Positions 29,741 through 45,737 of a stretch of DNA of 64,000 nucleotides are shown here, in pieces (position 1 is the first letter of the stretch; every line of letters begins with the position of its first letter). Location of the stretch: NCBI RefSeq assembly GCF_024502345.1, contig NZ_JALDNN010000001.1; one strand, written 5' to 3'. A program made the position numbers and the translations under genes. The notes under the pieces are model-generated. The model had not been told where the DNA came from. It did no database searches and worked only from the letters and a program-made list of their open reading frames with translations. This DNA comes from Escherichia coli. GTDB taxonomy: Bacteria > Pseudomonadota > Gammaproteobacteria > Enterobacterales > Enterobacteriaceae.

Positions 29741-30373
29741 TTGACTAATTTGAATTATCAACAGACGCATTTTGTGATGAGTGCGCCTGATATTCGCCAC
29801 CTACCTTCCGATACCGGAATTGAAGTGGCTTTTGCAGGCCGTTCCAACGCAGGTAAATCCAGCGCGCTGAACACGCTGACTAACCAGAAAAGCCTGGCTC
29901 GTACCTCAAAAACCCCTGGACGCACCCAGCTTATCAACCTGTTTGAAGTGGCTGACGGCAAGCGTCTGGTTGACTTGCCTGGGTACGGTTATGCGGAAGT
30001 CCCGGAAGAGATGAAGCGCAAATGGCAGCGCGCGCTCGGCGAGTACCTCGAAAAACGTCAGAGCCTACAAGGTCTGGTAGTGCTAATGGATATTCGCCAT
30101 CCGCTGAAAGATTTGGATCAGCAGATGATTGAGTGGGCGGTAGACAGCAATATCGCCGTGTTGGTACTGCTGACCAAAGCGGACAAACTGGCAAGTGGCG
30201 CACGTAAAGCGCAATTGAATATGGTGCGTGAAGCGGTGCTGGCGTTTAACGGTGATGTGCAGGTTGAAACGTTTTCTTCGCTGAAGAAACAAGGCGTGGA
30301 CAAGCTGCGGCAGAAACTGGATACCTGGTTTAGCGAGATGCAGCCTGTAGAAGAAACGCAGGACGGCGAATAA
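29741..30373 (+). CDS. engB: Ribosome biogenesis GTP-binding protein EngB (YihA)
   Basis: 210-aa [24 protein letters not shown]... with P-loop GRSNAGKSS; frame begins at a TTG codon. Confidence 0.9.
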
Positions 30374-30393
30374 TTTTCTTGCCTTAATGCTTG

Positions 30394-30473
30394 TGCCGGA
30401 TGTGGCGTATCCGGCCCGTAAATTCAATAGATTACAATTCTACCGTTGGCCTGATAAACATGGCGCATCAGGC
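30394..30473. repeat. REP elements
   Basis: TGCCGGATGTGGCGTATCCGGC and GGCCTGATAAACATGGCGCATCAGGC. Confidence 0.8.
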
Positions 30474-30498
30474 ATTGCGGATTTTTTCTTTCGCCCAA

Positions 30499-30607
30499 TA
30501 AAAAACGCCCCAGTCATTACTGACTGGGGCGGCTAAAATATTCAGCCAAATCCGATTACGTGAAGTAAAAGGTCTGAAAGATAGAACATCTTACCTCTGT
30601 ACCCTAC
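30499..30607 (-). ncRNA. spf: Spot 42 sRNA
   Basis: Minus-strand 109-nt sequence GTAGGGTACAGAGGTAAGATGTTCTATCTTTCAGACCTTTTACTTCACGTAATCGGATTTGGCTGAATATTTTAGCCGCCCCAGTCAGTAATGACTGGGGCGTTTTTTA, ending in a terminator hairpin plus U-run; recognised as Spot 42. Confidence 0.92.
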
Positions 30608-30754
30608 GCGACTAACTTTACTCTTTTTTGTTCAGTTCAGAAAGCACTTTTTGTAATTTTTTTTCAGTTGTTGCATAGGAATTTCTAATAGCCATCACAA
30701 AACGTGACAGCTTATGTTGCTTACTTACGAAAAAAGGGCATGTTCAGGCGAATC

Positions 30755-33541
30755 TTAGTGCGCCTGATCCCAGTTTTCGCCACTCCCCACTTCCACCAGC
30801 AACGGCACATCCAGACGGGTACAGTTTTCCATCAGTTGATGAATCTGCTTCGCGACGGCATCAACATCATCTTTATGAACTTCAAATACCAGTTCATCGT
30901 GTACTTGCATGATCATACGTACACGCGGTTGCTCAGCCTGTAACCACGCATCAACGGCAATCATCGCCCGTTTGATAATGTCGGCGGCGGTTCCCTGCAT
31001 TGGCGCGTTAATGGCTGCACGTTCAGCCGCTGCACGACGAGCACCATTGCTGGATTTGATATCCGGCAGATACAGACGGCGTCCGTCCAGCGTTTCAACG
31101 TAGCCCTGCTCTTTCGCCTGAGCACGGGTGCGTTCCATATACTCCAGCACGCCAGGGTAGCGTTCGAAGTAAAGGTCCATGTACTTCTGCGCTTCTTTAC
31201 GTGGAATGTTCAATTGCCGCGCCAGACCGAAAGCACTCATGCCATAAATCAGACCAAAGTTGATCGCTTTCGCGCTACGGCGTTGCTCGCTGGTGACGGT
31301 TTCCAGTGGCAAACCAAACACTTCTGCCGCCGTTGCCCGGTGGATATCTTTTCCTTCCGCGAATGCGGTCAGCAAGCCTTTGTCACGCGAAAGATGCGCC
31401 ATAATGCGCAGTTCAATCTGCGAGTAGTCCGCTGAGACAATCACATAATCCTCTGGCGCAATAAACGCCTGGCGGATACGACGACCTTCTTCGTTACGCA
31501 CCGGAATGTTTTGCAGGTTAGGATCGGTTGACGATAAACGTCCCGTTGCAGTTACTGCCTGGTGATAAGAGGTATGCACACGCCCGGTTTTCGGGTTGAT
31601 CATCAGCGGCAGCTTGTCGGTGTAGGTCGATTTCAGCTTCGCCAGACCACGATACTCCAGAATCACTTTTGGCAACGGATAGTCCAGCGCCAGTTCTTCC
31701 AGTACCTCTTCCGACGTTGACGGCGCGCCACCCGGCGTTTTCTTCAGCGGTTTAATGCCCTGTTTTTCAAAGAGAATGGTTTGTAACTGCTTGGTGGAAG
31801 AAAGGTTAAATTCCTCACCTGCAATTTCATGCGCTTTCTTTTCCAGCTCAGCCAGACGAAGGGTGAGCTCTTCAGAATGATTGTGCAGCACTTTCGGATC
31901 GATCTTCACACCGTTACGTTCAATGCGTGAAAGCACCGGCACCAGCGGCATTTCGATATTCTCGAAGACGTTCAACGGCCCTTTGTGTTTTTGCAGATCC
32001 GGCCACATTTTCAGATGCAACTGCAAGGTGACATCTGCATCTTCGGCGGCGTAACGTCCGGCTTCTTCGAGGGCAATCTGGTTAAAGGTCAGTTGATTTT
32101 TGCCTTTACCAGCAATCTCTTCAAAAGTGATGGTTTTGTGCTTCAACCAACGTTCCGCGAGGCTGTCCATATCGTGACGCCCGGCAACGCTATTGAGAAT
32201 GTAGGACTCCAGCATGGTATCAAACGCAATCCCACGCAGTTCAATGCCGTAGTTCGCCAGAATACCGCGATCGTATTTCAGGTTTTGCCCGACCTTCAGC
32301 GCCTTTTCATCTTCCAGCAGCGGTTTTAGCAACTCGAGTGCACGCTCGCGAGAGATTTGATCGGGCGCATCAAGATAATCATGAGCAACCGGAATATATG
32401 CCGCTACGCCTGGCTCGATAGCAAAAGAAAGCCCGACCAGGTTAGCAGAGATGTTATCAAGGCTGTCGGTTTCGGTATCAAATGCAAATACCGGCGCTTT
32501 TTCCAGCTTCGCAATCCACGCTTTCAGTGTTTCTTCATCAAGGATGGTGACGTAGTTGTCATAAGAAATCACCGTTGCCGTCACTTCTGGTGCTTCGTCT
32601 GCAACACTGGTTTCCTGTGGCTTCGCGGCTGGTTTTGCCCCTTTGGCCTGTAACCATTTGCCCGCTTCGACATCAGCAGTCCAGCGTTTGAACTCATACT
32701 TTTTGAACAGCCCCAACAACTCTTCCGCTGCCGGTTGCTGCACTTCCAGTTGTTCACAGGTCAGCTCCAGTTCAACGTCGGTTTTAATCGTCGCCAGCTG
32801 GTATGAGAGATAAGCAACTTCTTTGTTTTGCTCGAGCTTCGCTGCCATTGTTTTCGCGCCACGGAAGCTCAACCCAGCAATTTTTTCTGGCTCGGCATAC
32901 AGCGTATCCAGCCCGCCCAGACCTTGCAGCAATGCCTGCGCGGTTTTTTCACCGACGCCCGGTACGCCAGGGATGTTATCGGAGGAGTCACCCATCAGCG
33001 CCAGGAAATCGATGATCAGTTCTGGCGGCACGCCGTACTTATTCACCACCTCTTCCGGTCCGAGGATGGTATTCGTCATGGTATTGATAAGCGTAATATT
33101 TGGCGTCACCAGCTGCGCCATATCTTTATCGCCAGTGCTGATCAGCACCGGACGCCCGGCTTTTTCGGCTTCGCGCGCCAGAGTACCGATAACGTCGTCC
33201 GCTTCTACGCCAGAAACCGCCAGCAGCGGCAGTCCCATCGCTTTAACCATCGCGTGCAGAGGTTCGATTTGTGCTCGCAGATCGTCCGGCATTGGCGGGC
33301 GATGTGATTTGTAATGTTCAAACAGTTCATCACGAAAGGTTTTTCCCTTGGCGTCAAAGACCACCGCTGCATGCGTCGGTTTATATTGCATGATCAGACT
33401 GCGCAGCATGTTGAGGACACCATACATCGCACCGGTCGGCTCGCCTGCGCTGTTAGTCAGCGGGGGAAACGCGTGATATGCGCGATAAAGATAAGATGAA
33501 CCATCTACAAGGATAAGTGGATTTTGGGGGATCTGAACCAT
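30755..33541 (-). CDS. polA: DNA polymerase I
   Basis: 928-aa ORF with 5'-3' exonuclease, 3'-5' exonuclease and polymerase (Klenow) domains. Confidence 0.97.
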
Positions 33542-33904
33542 AATGTCCGTGCCTGTTTATCAGATTATAGGTAAAGGATGCCACAGACAGGATAAAAACA
33601 TGAGTTTTTCACCGCTTTTCGTGAAAATCTTTTGTAGATCTTCTGGATCGCTCGCAAATCGTCATGTGGATAACTTTGTGCATAAATTATTTACATCGCT
33701 TTTAATTTATTATCATGCTTTTTGCAGTATGATGTTTGTCTTTGTTTTTCATGTAGTTAAAAATAAAGCCATCCCTAATAATTGAGATAATGGGATTTTT
33801 TCTAATGTGGATAGATATGAATTATTTTTCTCCTTAAGGATCATCCGTTATTTGGGTCGTTTTCTGCTAAAATCTGCGCCTTGCGCTTCTTTAGCGCACT
33901 GTCT

Positions 33905-34837
33905 ATGGCTAACCTTTTGAATAAATTCATTATGACGAGAATACTCGCTGCGATAACCCTTTTGCTGAGTATCGTATTGACCATTTTGGTCACTATTTTT
34001 TGCTCCGTTCCGATCATCATTGCCGGGATTGTAAAACTATTGCTACCTGTGCCAGTCATTTGGCGAAAGGTTTCGCGTTTTTGTGATTTTATGATGTATT
34101 GCTGGTGTGAAGGTCTGGCGGTATTACTGCATCTGAACCCACACCTGCAATGGGAAGTTCACGGGCTGGAAGGGTTAAGTAAGAAGAACTGGTATCTGCT
34201 TATTTGTAACCACCGTAGTTGGGCAGATATTGTCGTACTGTGCGTGCTGTTTCGTAAGCACATTCCGATGAATAAATATTTCCTCAAGCAGCAGCTGGCC
34301 TGGGTGCCTTTTCTTGGCCTGGCGTGCTGGGCGCTGGATATGCCGTTTATGAAGCGTTATTCCCGCGCTTATTTATTACGTCATCCGGAGCGACGTGGTA
34401 AAGATGTTGAAACCACTCGGCGTTCTTGTGAAAAGTTTCGCCTGCATCCCACCACCATTGTCAATTTCGTTGAAGGCTCCCGTTTCACGCAAGAAAAACA
34501 TCAGCAAACCCACTCCACTTTTCAAAACTTGTTGCCACCAAAGGCGGCAGGCATTGCGATGGCGCTAAATGTACTGGGTAAACAATTCGATAAACTGCTT
34601 AATGTTACGTTGTGTTATCCGGACAATAACCGTCAGCCGTTCTTCGATATGTTAAGCGGTAAACTGACGCGGATTGTCGTACATGTGGATTTACAACCTA
34701 TTGCCGATGAGTTACATGGCGACTACATCAATGACAAAAGCTTTAAGCGCCATTTTCAGCAATGGCTGAACTCACTGTGGCAGGAAAAAGACCGGCTTCT
34801 GACGTCGTTGATGTCATCACAGCGGCAGGACAAGTAA
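33905..34837 (+). CDS. yihG: Acyltransferase (PlsC/LPLAT family) YihG
   Basis: Start set at the Met of [14 protein letters not shown]..., 310 aa; HxxxxD acyltransferase motif (NHRSWAD). Confidence 0.85.
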   Translation: MANLLNKFIMTRILAAITLLLSIVLTILVTIFCSVPIIIAGIVKLLLPVPVIWRKVSRFCDFMMYCWCEGLAVLLHLNPHLQWEVHGLEGLSKKNWYLLICNHRSWADIVVLCVLFRKHIPMNKYFLKQQLAWVPFLGLACWALDMPFMKRYSRAYLLRHPERRGKDVETTRRSCEKFRLHPTTIVNFVEGSRFTQEKHQQTHSTFQNLLPPKAAGIAMALNVLGKQFDKLLNVTLCYPDNNRQPFFDMLSGKLTRIVVHVDLQPIADELHGDYINDKSFKRHFQQWLNSLWQEKDRLLTSLMSSQRQDK

Positions 34838-34843
34838 ATTTTG

Positions 34844-34869
34844 CTCGCCTCTGAATGAGCAGAGGCGAG
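34844..34869. terminator. Hairpin between convergent yihG and yihF; likely bidirectional terminator
   Basis: CTCGCCTCTG-AATGAG-CAGAGGCGAG; the flanking T/A runs are weak. Confidence 0.5.
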
Positions 34870-34877
34870 TGAGTATT

Positions 34878-36308
34878 TTAATGAACAAAACGTCCGGCAC
34901 GAGACATAAATTCTTCTTCGCTCATCTCCTGTCCGTTAAAAACAACTTTACCCGGTGTATAACGCAGTTGCAGCGAGGCGGTATTGTTGTCAATCGTGAT
35001 TAACTGAAACATCTGACCTAATGTCATCATCCCGCTGATTTGTTTATCCGCCTGCTTTTGCGCTTTTTCCGCATCCATTCCTTCAGATAAATTAAGCTGT
35101 TTTGCGGTTTCTGTGACGACATTAAGCGGTAACTTCACATCAAAATTGAGCGATTTGATATCTTTGTTTGTGGATGATGAAGATTTGGCTGGGTCGGCAA
35201 TACTGATATCCAGATTGGCATTTAGTTCGCCGAGTGCGTTCTTCCATCTTACCGGTTGTTTAATGGTCGGCTCACTTTTTTGTAATAACGGTAAATACTC
35301 TTTGAACAATGCAGCATTCACTTCTTGCAGAGCAACTTCATCGTTTGCTAACTCAGGGTGTGCAGCAAGCTGCTTCTGCATCGCAATGTTATACTGGATG
35401 ATAAATTGGCGCACTGCTGAGGGATCAATAGATTCAGCAATCAATGACCACTCACCACTACCGAGTTGCTGATTCCCTTTTGTTAACTTATCAAGTTCGT
35501 AGGTCAGATTGACATTGATATAATCTTTGTCTTTAACGCGATCCAGCCTGGTTTTTGCAACGAAAGCATCGATTTGGGCAACGTCTTCCCCGTGATTGAT
35601 AATGTTAATCTGATTAAATTTCGACTCGCTTTCACCAACCGGAAATTTCTTTTCTTCTAATCGCGCCAGAGAATCAATGGTAAAACTTTTTGCCGTTACT
35701 TTGTTCATTGGTGATAATTGCAGAACAATATCTTCGACTTTGCCTTCAATATCCAGGTTAGACAATGAACTACCATCACCATTAAAAGTAAACTGGCCCT
35801 CACCAAAAGAAAACTTTCCATACTCTGCAGGGGCAACATCTAATGTCGTAGAGAATGAGCCACCAAACGCGAATCGCAATGTCGCTTCCACGGGCGATTT
35901 ATTTTTCACGGCGATAAATAGCGGTTGTGTCAGTTCATTATTCACTAAGTTCACTTTTGCCGCTGCCAGTGCTGGGATGACATTACCATGCATTAACATT
36001 GTGATGGGCAACGGACCGTGCTCAACATCCACATCAAATACAACTTTCTGGCCTGGCTTGATATTGAGATCGGGTGCACCGTTATCGAATGTCATTTGCA
36101 TTTGAAAACGAGAATTAAAAAAACCTTTGTCAAAATTTTTATAACTTAACGTCATATCGTAGGCATGTTCACCTTTCTTTTTAGCATCGTTAAAATCTTT
36201 AATAAACTTTTCGACACCAGGCTGAATTTGCGTACCTGTGTACCATGTGCCACCACCCCAGATTACGGCTAACGCAACAATAACACCTGTAGCTGACTTA
36301 CGTATCAT
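34878..36308 (-). CDS. yihF: DUF945-family protein YihF
   Basis: 476-aa ORF with an N-terminal signal/TM segment; matches YihF. Confidence 0.85.
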   Translation of the reverse strand: MIRKSATGVIVALAVIWGGGTWYTGTQIQPGVEKFIKDFNDAKKKGEHAYDMTLSYKNFDKGFFNSRFQMQMTFDNGAPDLNIKPGQKVVFDVDVEHGPLPITMLMHGNVIPALAAAKVNLVNNELTQPLFIAVKNKSPVEATLRFAFGGSFSTTLDVAPAEYGKFSFGEGQFTFNGDGSSLSNLDIEGKVEDIVLQLSPMNKVTAKSFTIDSLARLEEKKFPVGESESKFNQINIINHGEDVAQIDAFVAKTRLDRVKDKDYINVNLTYELDKLTKGNQQLGSGEWSLIAESIDPSAVRQFIIQYNIAMQKQLAAHPELANDEVALQEVNAALFKEYLPLLQKSEPTIKQPVRWKNALGELNANLDISIADPAKSSSSTNKDIKSLNFDVKLPLNVVTETAKQLNLSEGMDAEKAQKQADKQISGMMTLGQMFQLITIDNNTASLQLRYTPGKVVFNGQEMSEEEFMSRAGRFVH

Positions 36309-36413
36309 ATAAATATTCCCTGATAAAACAGCAAAACTTTAAATATCCGCTTATGCTGAAATAATGTCCAGCGGCAGGACGCATTATCAGAATGTATTTA
36401 TATTTATTAAATA

Positions 36414-36441
36414 ATAAAAAAAACCCGTGAATATTCACGGG
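36414..36441 (-). terminator. dsbA rho-independent terminator
   Basis: Hairpin CCCGTGAATATTCACGGG preceded on the plus strand by an A-run, which is a U-run after the stem on the minus strand. Confidence 0.8.
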
Positions 36442-36462
36442 CCTTATGTAATTTACATTGAA

Positions 36463-37089
36463 TTATTTTTTCTCGGACAGATATTTCACTGTATCAGCAT
36501 ACTGCTTAACAAAAACATCCATATTGCTGGTATCCATACCCTGCGGATTCAGCTGATATTTACCGTTAACAAACATCGCCGGAACGCCACGCAATTGCAC
36601 GTCAGCTGCAGCTTTTTCCTGCTGAGCGACCAGAGATTTGACCACGAAGCTGTTCCACGCCGCGTCGTACTCTTCACCTTTAATACCTGCGTTGATAAAT
36701 ACATCGCGGATATCAGATGCTGAACGAATGGTCTGGGTTTTCTGTACGCCTTCAAACAGCGGAACAGTGACTTTGTCTTCCACGCCCAGCGCCATCGCCA
36801 CAGCCCATGCCTGAGTCAGATCTTTGCCCAGGTCACCACCCATGAAGTCGACGTGGTATTTAGTCATCTTCACGCCTTCCGGCAGTTTTTTCTTCACATT
36901 ATCAGAAATATGCAGAACTTCTTCAAACTGATAGCAGTGCGGACAGAAGAAAGAGAAAAACTCCAGCACTTGCGGCGCGCCAGCTACCGGTTTTTCCAGG
37001 GTAGTGTACTGTTTACCATCTTCATACTGCGCCGCCGATGCGCTAAACGCTAAAACTAAACCAGCCAGCGCCAGCCAAATCTTTTTCAT
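36463..37089 (-). CDS. dsbA: Periplasmic thiol:disulfide oxidoreductase DsbA
   Basis: 208-aa ORF with signal peptide and active-site CPHC ([12 protein letters not shown]). Confidence 0.95.
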   Translation of the reverse strand: MKKIWLALAGLVLAFSASAAQYEDGKQYTTLEKPVAGAPQVLEFFSFFCPHCYQFEEVLHISDNVKKKLPEGVKMTKYHVDFMGGDLGKDLTQAWAVAMALGVEDKVTVPLFEGVQKTQTIRSASDIRDVFINAGIKGEEYDAAWNSFVVKSLVAQQEKAAADVQLRGVPAMFVNGKYQLNPQGMDTSNMDVFVKQYADTVKYLSEKK

Positions 37090-37105
37090 GATCTACTCTC
37101 TCCGA

Positions 37106-38092
37106 TTAATACATAGGTGTTAATTGTAAAGGGGGTTCTTGTAGAACTTTTGCCTGTTCTATAAAAGTCGCCGTTTGTCGCAGCCAGTAATCTTCCCCGG
37201 TTAACCACGGGAAATTTTTCGGGAACGCGGGATCAGCCCAACGCCGCATTAGCCAGGCAAGATAATAAACCAAACGCATGGCGCGTAAAGGTTCAATCAG
37301 TCCGATTTCAGCGGTGTCGAACTCGCTAAATTCTTCATAAGCTTCAATAATAGTTTCCAGTTGCATCCGCTGCTCGGCTTTATCGCCATTGAGCAACATC
37401 CACAAATCCTGAATAGCTGGACCATTACGTGCATCATCCAGATCAACAAACATTGGACCATCGCGCCAGAGAATATTCCCGGCGTGGCAGTCTCCATGTA
37501 GCCGCAGAACGGTGAAATCTTCCCGCCAGTGTGCTGTAACGGCGGCGATCAGCTCATCTGTCGCTTTCAGGAATGCCGCTTTCAACCCGGAAGGTATCAG
37601 TGTAGCGTCCTCAAACAGCTTGCGTGGCTCAATGAGATATTCATTCAGACCGATGGTCGGGCGATGGATAAAAAGCTGTTTGTGCCCCGTCTGGTGCATA
37701 CGCCCTAAATAACGCCCAACCGCTTCCGTCTGATCGATATTATCAGCTTCGAACTGGCGACCACCGACGCTTGGAAAAACAGCGAAATAAAATCCCTGAT
37801 GATTCAATAAAGTCTGACCGTTAAAGGCCACAGGTGCTGCGACCGGAACTTCATCATTTACCAGCTGCAACGCAAATTGATGTTCTTCGAGGATTTGATC
37901 GGCTGTCCAACGTTCAGGGCGATAAAATTTGACGACAAAACGTCGACGCTCTTCGTCCTGAAATTGATAGACACGGTTTTCATAGCTGTTAAGCGGGGTA
38001 AGACCGGAATCCACCCGGATCCCTTGCTCAAACAGAGCGTCCATGATGGTATCCGGGTGTAGTGTCTGGAAAGTAAAAGCGCTGTTGTTCAT
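37106..38092 (-). CDS. srkA: Stress-response Ser/Thr kinase SrkA (YihE/RdoA)
   Basis: 328-aa ORF, aminoglycoside-phosphotransferase-like kinase fold (HGDCHAGNILW); 16 bp upstream of dsbA. Confidence 0.9.
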   Translation of the reverse strand: MNNSAFTFQTLHPDTIMDALFEQGIRVDSGLTPLNSYENRVYQFQDEERRRFVVKFYRPERWTADQILEEHQFALQLVNDEVPVAAPVAFNGQTLLNHQGFYFAVFPSVGGRQFEADNIDQTEAVGRYLGRMHQTGHKQLFIHRPTIGLNEYLIEPRKLFEDATLIPSGLKAAFLKATDELIAAVTAHWREDFTVLRLHGDCHAGNILWRDGPMFVDLDDARNGPAIQDLWMLLNGDKAEQRMQLETIIEAYEEFSEFDTAEIGLIEPLRAMRLVYYLAWLMRRWADPAFPKNFPWLTGEDYWLRQTATFIEQAKVLQEPPLQLTPMY

Positions 38093-38168
38093 CCCATCAT
38101 CCGGAAAACATTACGAATGATGAAGGATATCATTTCACGATGATTTTGGTGGCGCCGCTTACAAGCTT

Positions 38169-38438
38169 TTACTCTTTAATTACGCCGCGAGCGCGTAACA
38201 GCGCCGTTTTGAAGTCTTCTTCATAATCTTTCTGCAAACCCGGGATCACCGCATCTTTCGCGGAATCACGCATTTTCAGGTGATAGATCAGAATGTCATC
38301 CGTCAAATCCGCCAGTTCGCCGTCAAAACCTGACTCTTTCGCCAGTTTCTGCAAAAATTGCAACAGGTTAAGGTCTGGCTCTTTTTGCCAGGCTGGCTGG
38401 AGGAGTTCAATAACTTCATTCAGACGTTTACATTTCAT
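38169..38438 (-). CDS. yihD: Small conserved protein YihD (DUF1040)
   Basis: Start set at the Met of [14 protein letters not shown]..., 89 aa. Confidence 0.85.
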
Positions 38439-38507
38439 AGTGATGCTCCTTACTCTTGAGACAGACACGTTAGCAGGGTCAATCCCACAATAAAAGAGGC
38501 GATATCG

Positions 38508-39092
38508 GTGAATCTGATGACGACGATAACAGGCGTTGTGCTGGCAGGCGGTAAAGCCAGACGAATGGGCGGCGTAGATAAAGGATTGCTGGAATTAAAT
38601 GGCAAACCGCTGTGGCAACATGTCGCTGACGCGCTTATGGCGCAGCTCTCTCACGTCGTGGTTAATGCTAATCGTCATCAGGAAATCTATCAGGCAAGCG
38701 GTCTGAAAGTGATTGAAGATTCACTGGCGGATTACCCAGGCCCTCTGGCAGGAATGCTTTCAGTAATGCAGCAGGAAGCAGGCGAGTGGTTTTTGTTTTG
38801 TCCGTGCGATACTCCTTATATTCCCGAGGATTTAGCAGCCCGGCTTAATCATCAGCGCAAAGATGCGCCTGTCGTGTGGGTCCATGACGGTGAACGCGAT
38901 CACCCGACTATTGCTCTGGTAAACCGCGCTATTGAGCCTTTATTACTGGAATATCTGCAAGCAGGAGAACGCCGGGTAATGGCATTTATGCGTCTGGCTG
39001 GCGGTCATGCGGTTGATTTCAGCGATCATAAAGATGCATTTGTTAACGTGAATACGCCAGAGGAGCTTGCCCGATGGCAGGAAAAACGATGA
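38508..39092 (+). CDS. mobA: Molybdenum cofactor guanylyltransferase MobA
   Basis: 194-aa ORF (GTG start in the track) with [11 protein letters not shown] nucleotide-binding motif. Confidence 0.9.
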
Positions 39093-39601
39093 TACCGTTA
39101 CTCGCCTTTGCCGCGTGGAGTGGTACCGGAAAAACTACGCTTTTGAAAAAACTGATCCCGGCATTATGCGCCAGAGGGATCCGTCCAGGGCTGATTAAGC
39201 ATACGCACCATGATATGGATGTTGATAAGCCAGGCAAAGATAGCTATGAGCTGCGCAAGGCTGGCGCGGCACAAACCATCGTTGCCAGCCAGCAACGATG
39301 GGCCTTGATGACGGAAACACCAGACGAAGAAGAGCTGGATCTACAGTTTCTCGCAAGTCGAATGGATACCTCAAAGCTGGATTTGATTCTGGTCGAAGGG
39401 TTTAAGCATGAAGAGATCGCAAAGATTGTGCTGTTTCGCGATGGAGCCGGACATCGACCTGAAGAATTAGTGATAGACAGGCATGTTATTGCTGTAGCCA
39501 GTGATGTGCCGCTTAATCTTGATGTCGCATTACTGGATATTAATGATGTTGAGGGGCTGGCTGATTTTGTGGTGGAGTGGATGCAAAAGCAGAACGGATA
39601 A
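39074..39601 (+). CDS. mobB: Molybdopterin-guanine dinucleotide biosynthesis adapter MobB
   Basis: 175-aa ORF with P-loop GTGKTT; overlaps the mobA 3' end. Confidence 0.9.
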   Translation: MAGKTMIPLLAFAAWSGTGKTTLLKKLIPALCARGIRPGLIKHTHHDMDVDKPGKDSYELRKAGAAQTIVASQQRWALMTETPDEEELDLQFLASRMDTSKLDLILVEGFKHEEIAKIVLFRDGAGHRPEELVIDRHVIAVASDVPLNLDVALLDINDVEGLADFVVEWMQKQNG

Positions 39602-39614
39602 GCAAGAGTAGGCT

Positions 39615-39643
39615 GGATAAGACGCGCCAGCGTCGCATCCGGC
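39615..39643. repeat. REP element
   Basis: GGATAAGACGCGCCAGCGTCGCATCCGGC. Confidence 0.7.
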
Positions 39644-39660
39644 ATTTTTCTGCACCAGCG

Positions 39661-39690
39661 CAAAAAGGCCCAGTCTTCCGACCGGGCCTT
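39661..39690 (-). terminator. rrn operon terminator downstream of the 5S gene
   Basis: Minus-strand hairpin AAGGCCCGGTCGGAAGACTGGGCC followed by UUUUUG. Confidence 0.75.
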
Positions 39691-39702
39691 CTGCTTAATT
39701 TG

Positions 39703-39822
39703 ATGCCTGGCAGTTCCCTACTCTCGCATGGGGAGACCCCACACTACCATCGGCGCTACGGCGTTTCACTTCTGAGTTCGGCATGGGGTCAGGTGGGACC
39801 ACCGCGCTACGGCCGCCAGGCA
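39703..39822 (-). rRNA. rrfA: 5S ribosomal RNA
   Basis: 120-nt reverse complement matches the E. coli 5S sequence (TGCCTGGCGGCCGTAGCGCGGTGGTCCCACCTGACC...CTGCCAGGCAT). Confidence 0.95.
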
Positions 39823-39914
39823 AATTCTGTTTTATCAGACCGCTTCTGCGTTCTGATTTAATCTGTATCAGGCTGAAAATCTTCTCTCATCCGCCAAAAC
39901 ATCTTCGGCGTTGT

Positions 39915-42817
<2,903 letters not shown>

Positions 42818-43000
42818 TCACAACCCGAAGATGTTTCTTGCGATCCATCATCGTGTTGCGAAAATTTGAGAGACTCACGAACAACTTTCGTTGTTCAGTG
42901 TTTCAATTTTCAGCTTGATCCAGATTTTTAAAGAGCAAAACTTCGCAGTGAACCTTTTCAGGTACACTCTGAAGTATTTTTTATTTAATCACTACAGAGA

Positions 43001-43076
43001 TGGTGGAGCTATGCGGGATCGAACCGCAGACCTCCTGCGTGCAAAGCAGGCGCTCTCCCAGCTGAGCTATAGCCCC
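43001..43076 (-). tRNA. alaT: tRNA-Ala (UGC), 16S-23S spacer tRNA
   Basis: Reverse complement GGGGCTATAGCTCAGCTGGGAGAGCGCCTGCTTTGCACGCAGGAGGTCTGCGGTTCGATCCCGCATAGCTCCACCA. Confidence 0.95.
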
Positions 43077-43118
43077 ATAACATGTAGTTAAAACCTCTTC
43101 AAATTTGCCGTGCAAATT

Positions 43119-43195
<77 letters not shown>

Positions 43196-43263
43196 GTAGA
43201 GGTTTTACTGCTCATTTTCATCAGACAATCTGTGTGAGCACTGCAAAGAACGCTTCTTTAAGG

Positions 43264-44805
<1,542 letters not shown>

Positions 44806-44984
44806 AAGTTTGATGCTCAAAGAATTAAACTTCGTAATGAATTACGTGTTCACTCTTGAGACTTGGTATTCATTTTTCGTCTTGCGACGTTAAGAATCCG
44901 TATCTTCGAGTGCCCACACAGATTGTCTGATAAATTGTTAAAGAGCAGTGCCGCTTCGCTTTTTCTCAGCGGCGCGGGGTGTGC

Positions 44985-45160
44985 ATAATACGCTTTCCCG
45001 CCACAGAGTCAAGCATTTATTTTTGCTTTCTCTGTTGAGATTCTCAGGAGAACCCCGCTGACCCGGCGGCGTGTTTGCCGTTGTTCCGTGTCAGTGGTGG
45101 CGCATTATAGGGAGTTATTCCGGCCTGACAAGAGGAAATTTAAAATAATTTTCTGACCGC
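44985..45160 (-). promoter_or_regulatory. rrn tandem promoters P2 and P1 with A/T-rich UP element
   Basis: Minus-strand P1: -35 TTGTCA (45126-45131), 16-bp spacer, -10 TATAAT (45104-45109), A/T-rich UP region 45132-45155. P2: -35 TTGACT (45007-45012), -10 TATTAT (44985-44990). Confidence 0.8.
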
Positions 45161-45180
45161 GCATTTTTTATTCTTTATGC

Positions 45181-45726
45181 TTATTTCAGCGTCGGTTTGT
45201 CGGTTAAATGGGCGATTTCTCGGGCGAAATTCGCCACCTGCTCCCAATCGGTATAGACAACTTCTTTGCGCGTATCCGTTTCACCGCCTGACATCTTCAT
45301 AATCAGCTTGATCATAAAACGGTCGTACCAGCGATAACGTGGGTAACGCAGCGCCCCGGCAATGACCGCGCAGCGATCGGGACGCCATTGCGAGTTCATC
45401 AGAAACTTCCGCGCGTAGCTGTTGGTCTGTGGAGTACGCTTCTCCGGTTTGCGCGCCACCAGGTTTACGGAATAAAAGGCGCTCGGCATCGAATTCAGTC
45501 GCGTCGCATGTTTTTTGACAAATTCCTGGAACGCAGAGTGGTAGTGACCATAGCGAATAGAAGCACCAATGACCACACGGTCATAATTTTCCCATTGTGG
45601 TTCTTCAATGCGGTGCACATTGGCGACATCCGTCTGGATCCCCAGTTCTTTCAGTTCCGAAGCCAGGTAGGAGGCAATCTCGCGCGTTTGTCCGTCCCTT
45701 GTTGAGAAAAGAATTAATGTTTTCAC
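45181..45726 (-). CDS. hemG: Protoporphyrinogen IX dehydrogenase (menaquinone-dependent, flavodoxin-like)
   Basis: 181-aa [21 protein letters not shown]... (flavodoxin fold). Confidence 0.9.
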   Translation of the reverse strand: MKTLILFSTRDGQTREIASYLASELKELGIQTDVANVHRIEEPQWENYDRVVIGASIRYGHYHSAFQEFVKKHATRLNSMPSAFYSVNLVARKPEKRTPQTNSYARKFLMNSQWRPDRCAVIAGALRYPRYRWYDRFMIKLIMKMSGGETDTRKEVVYTDWEQVANFAREIAHLTDKPTLK

Positions 45727-45737
45727 GTATTACTCCA

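Noticed and set aside
32823-33314. 163- and 159-aa plus-strand ORFs inside polA
   Set aside because: Antisense shadow ORFs within DNA polymerase I.
33543-33785. 80-aa ORF in the polA-yihG intergenic region
   Set aside because: AT-rich divergent promoter region; no SD; hydrophobic low-complexity translation typical of AT-rich DNA.
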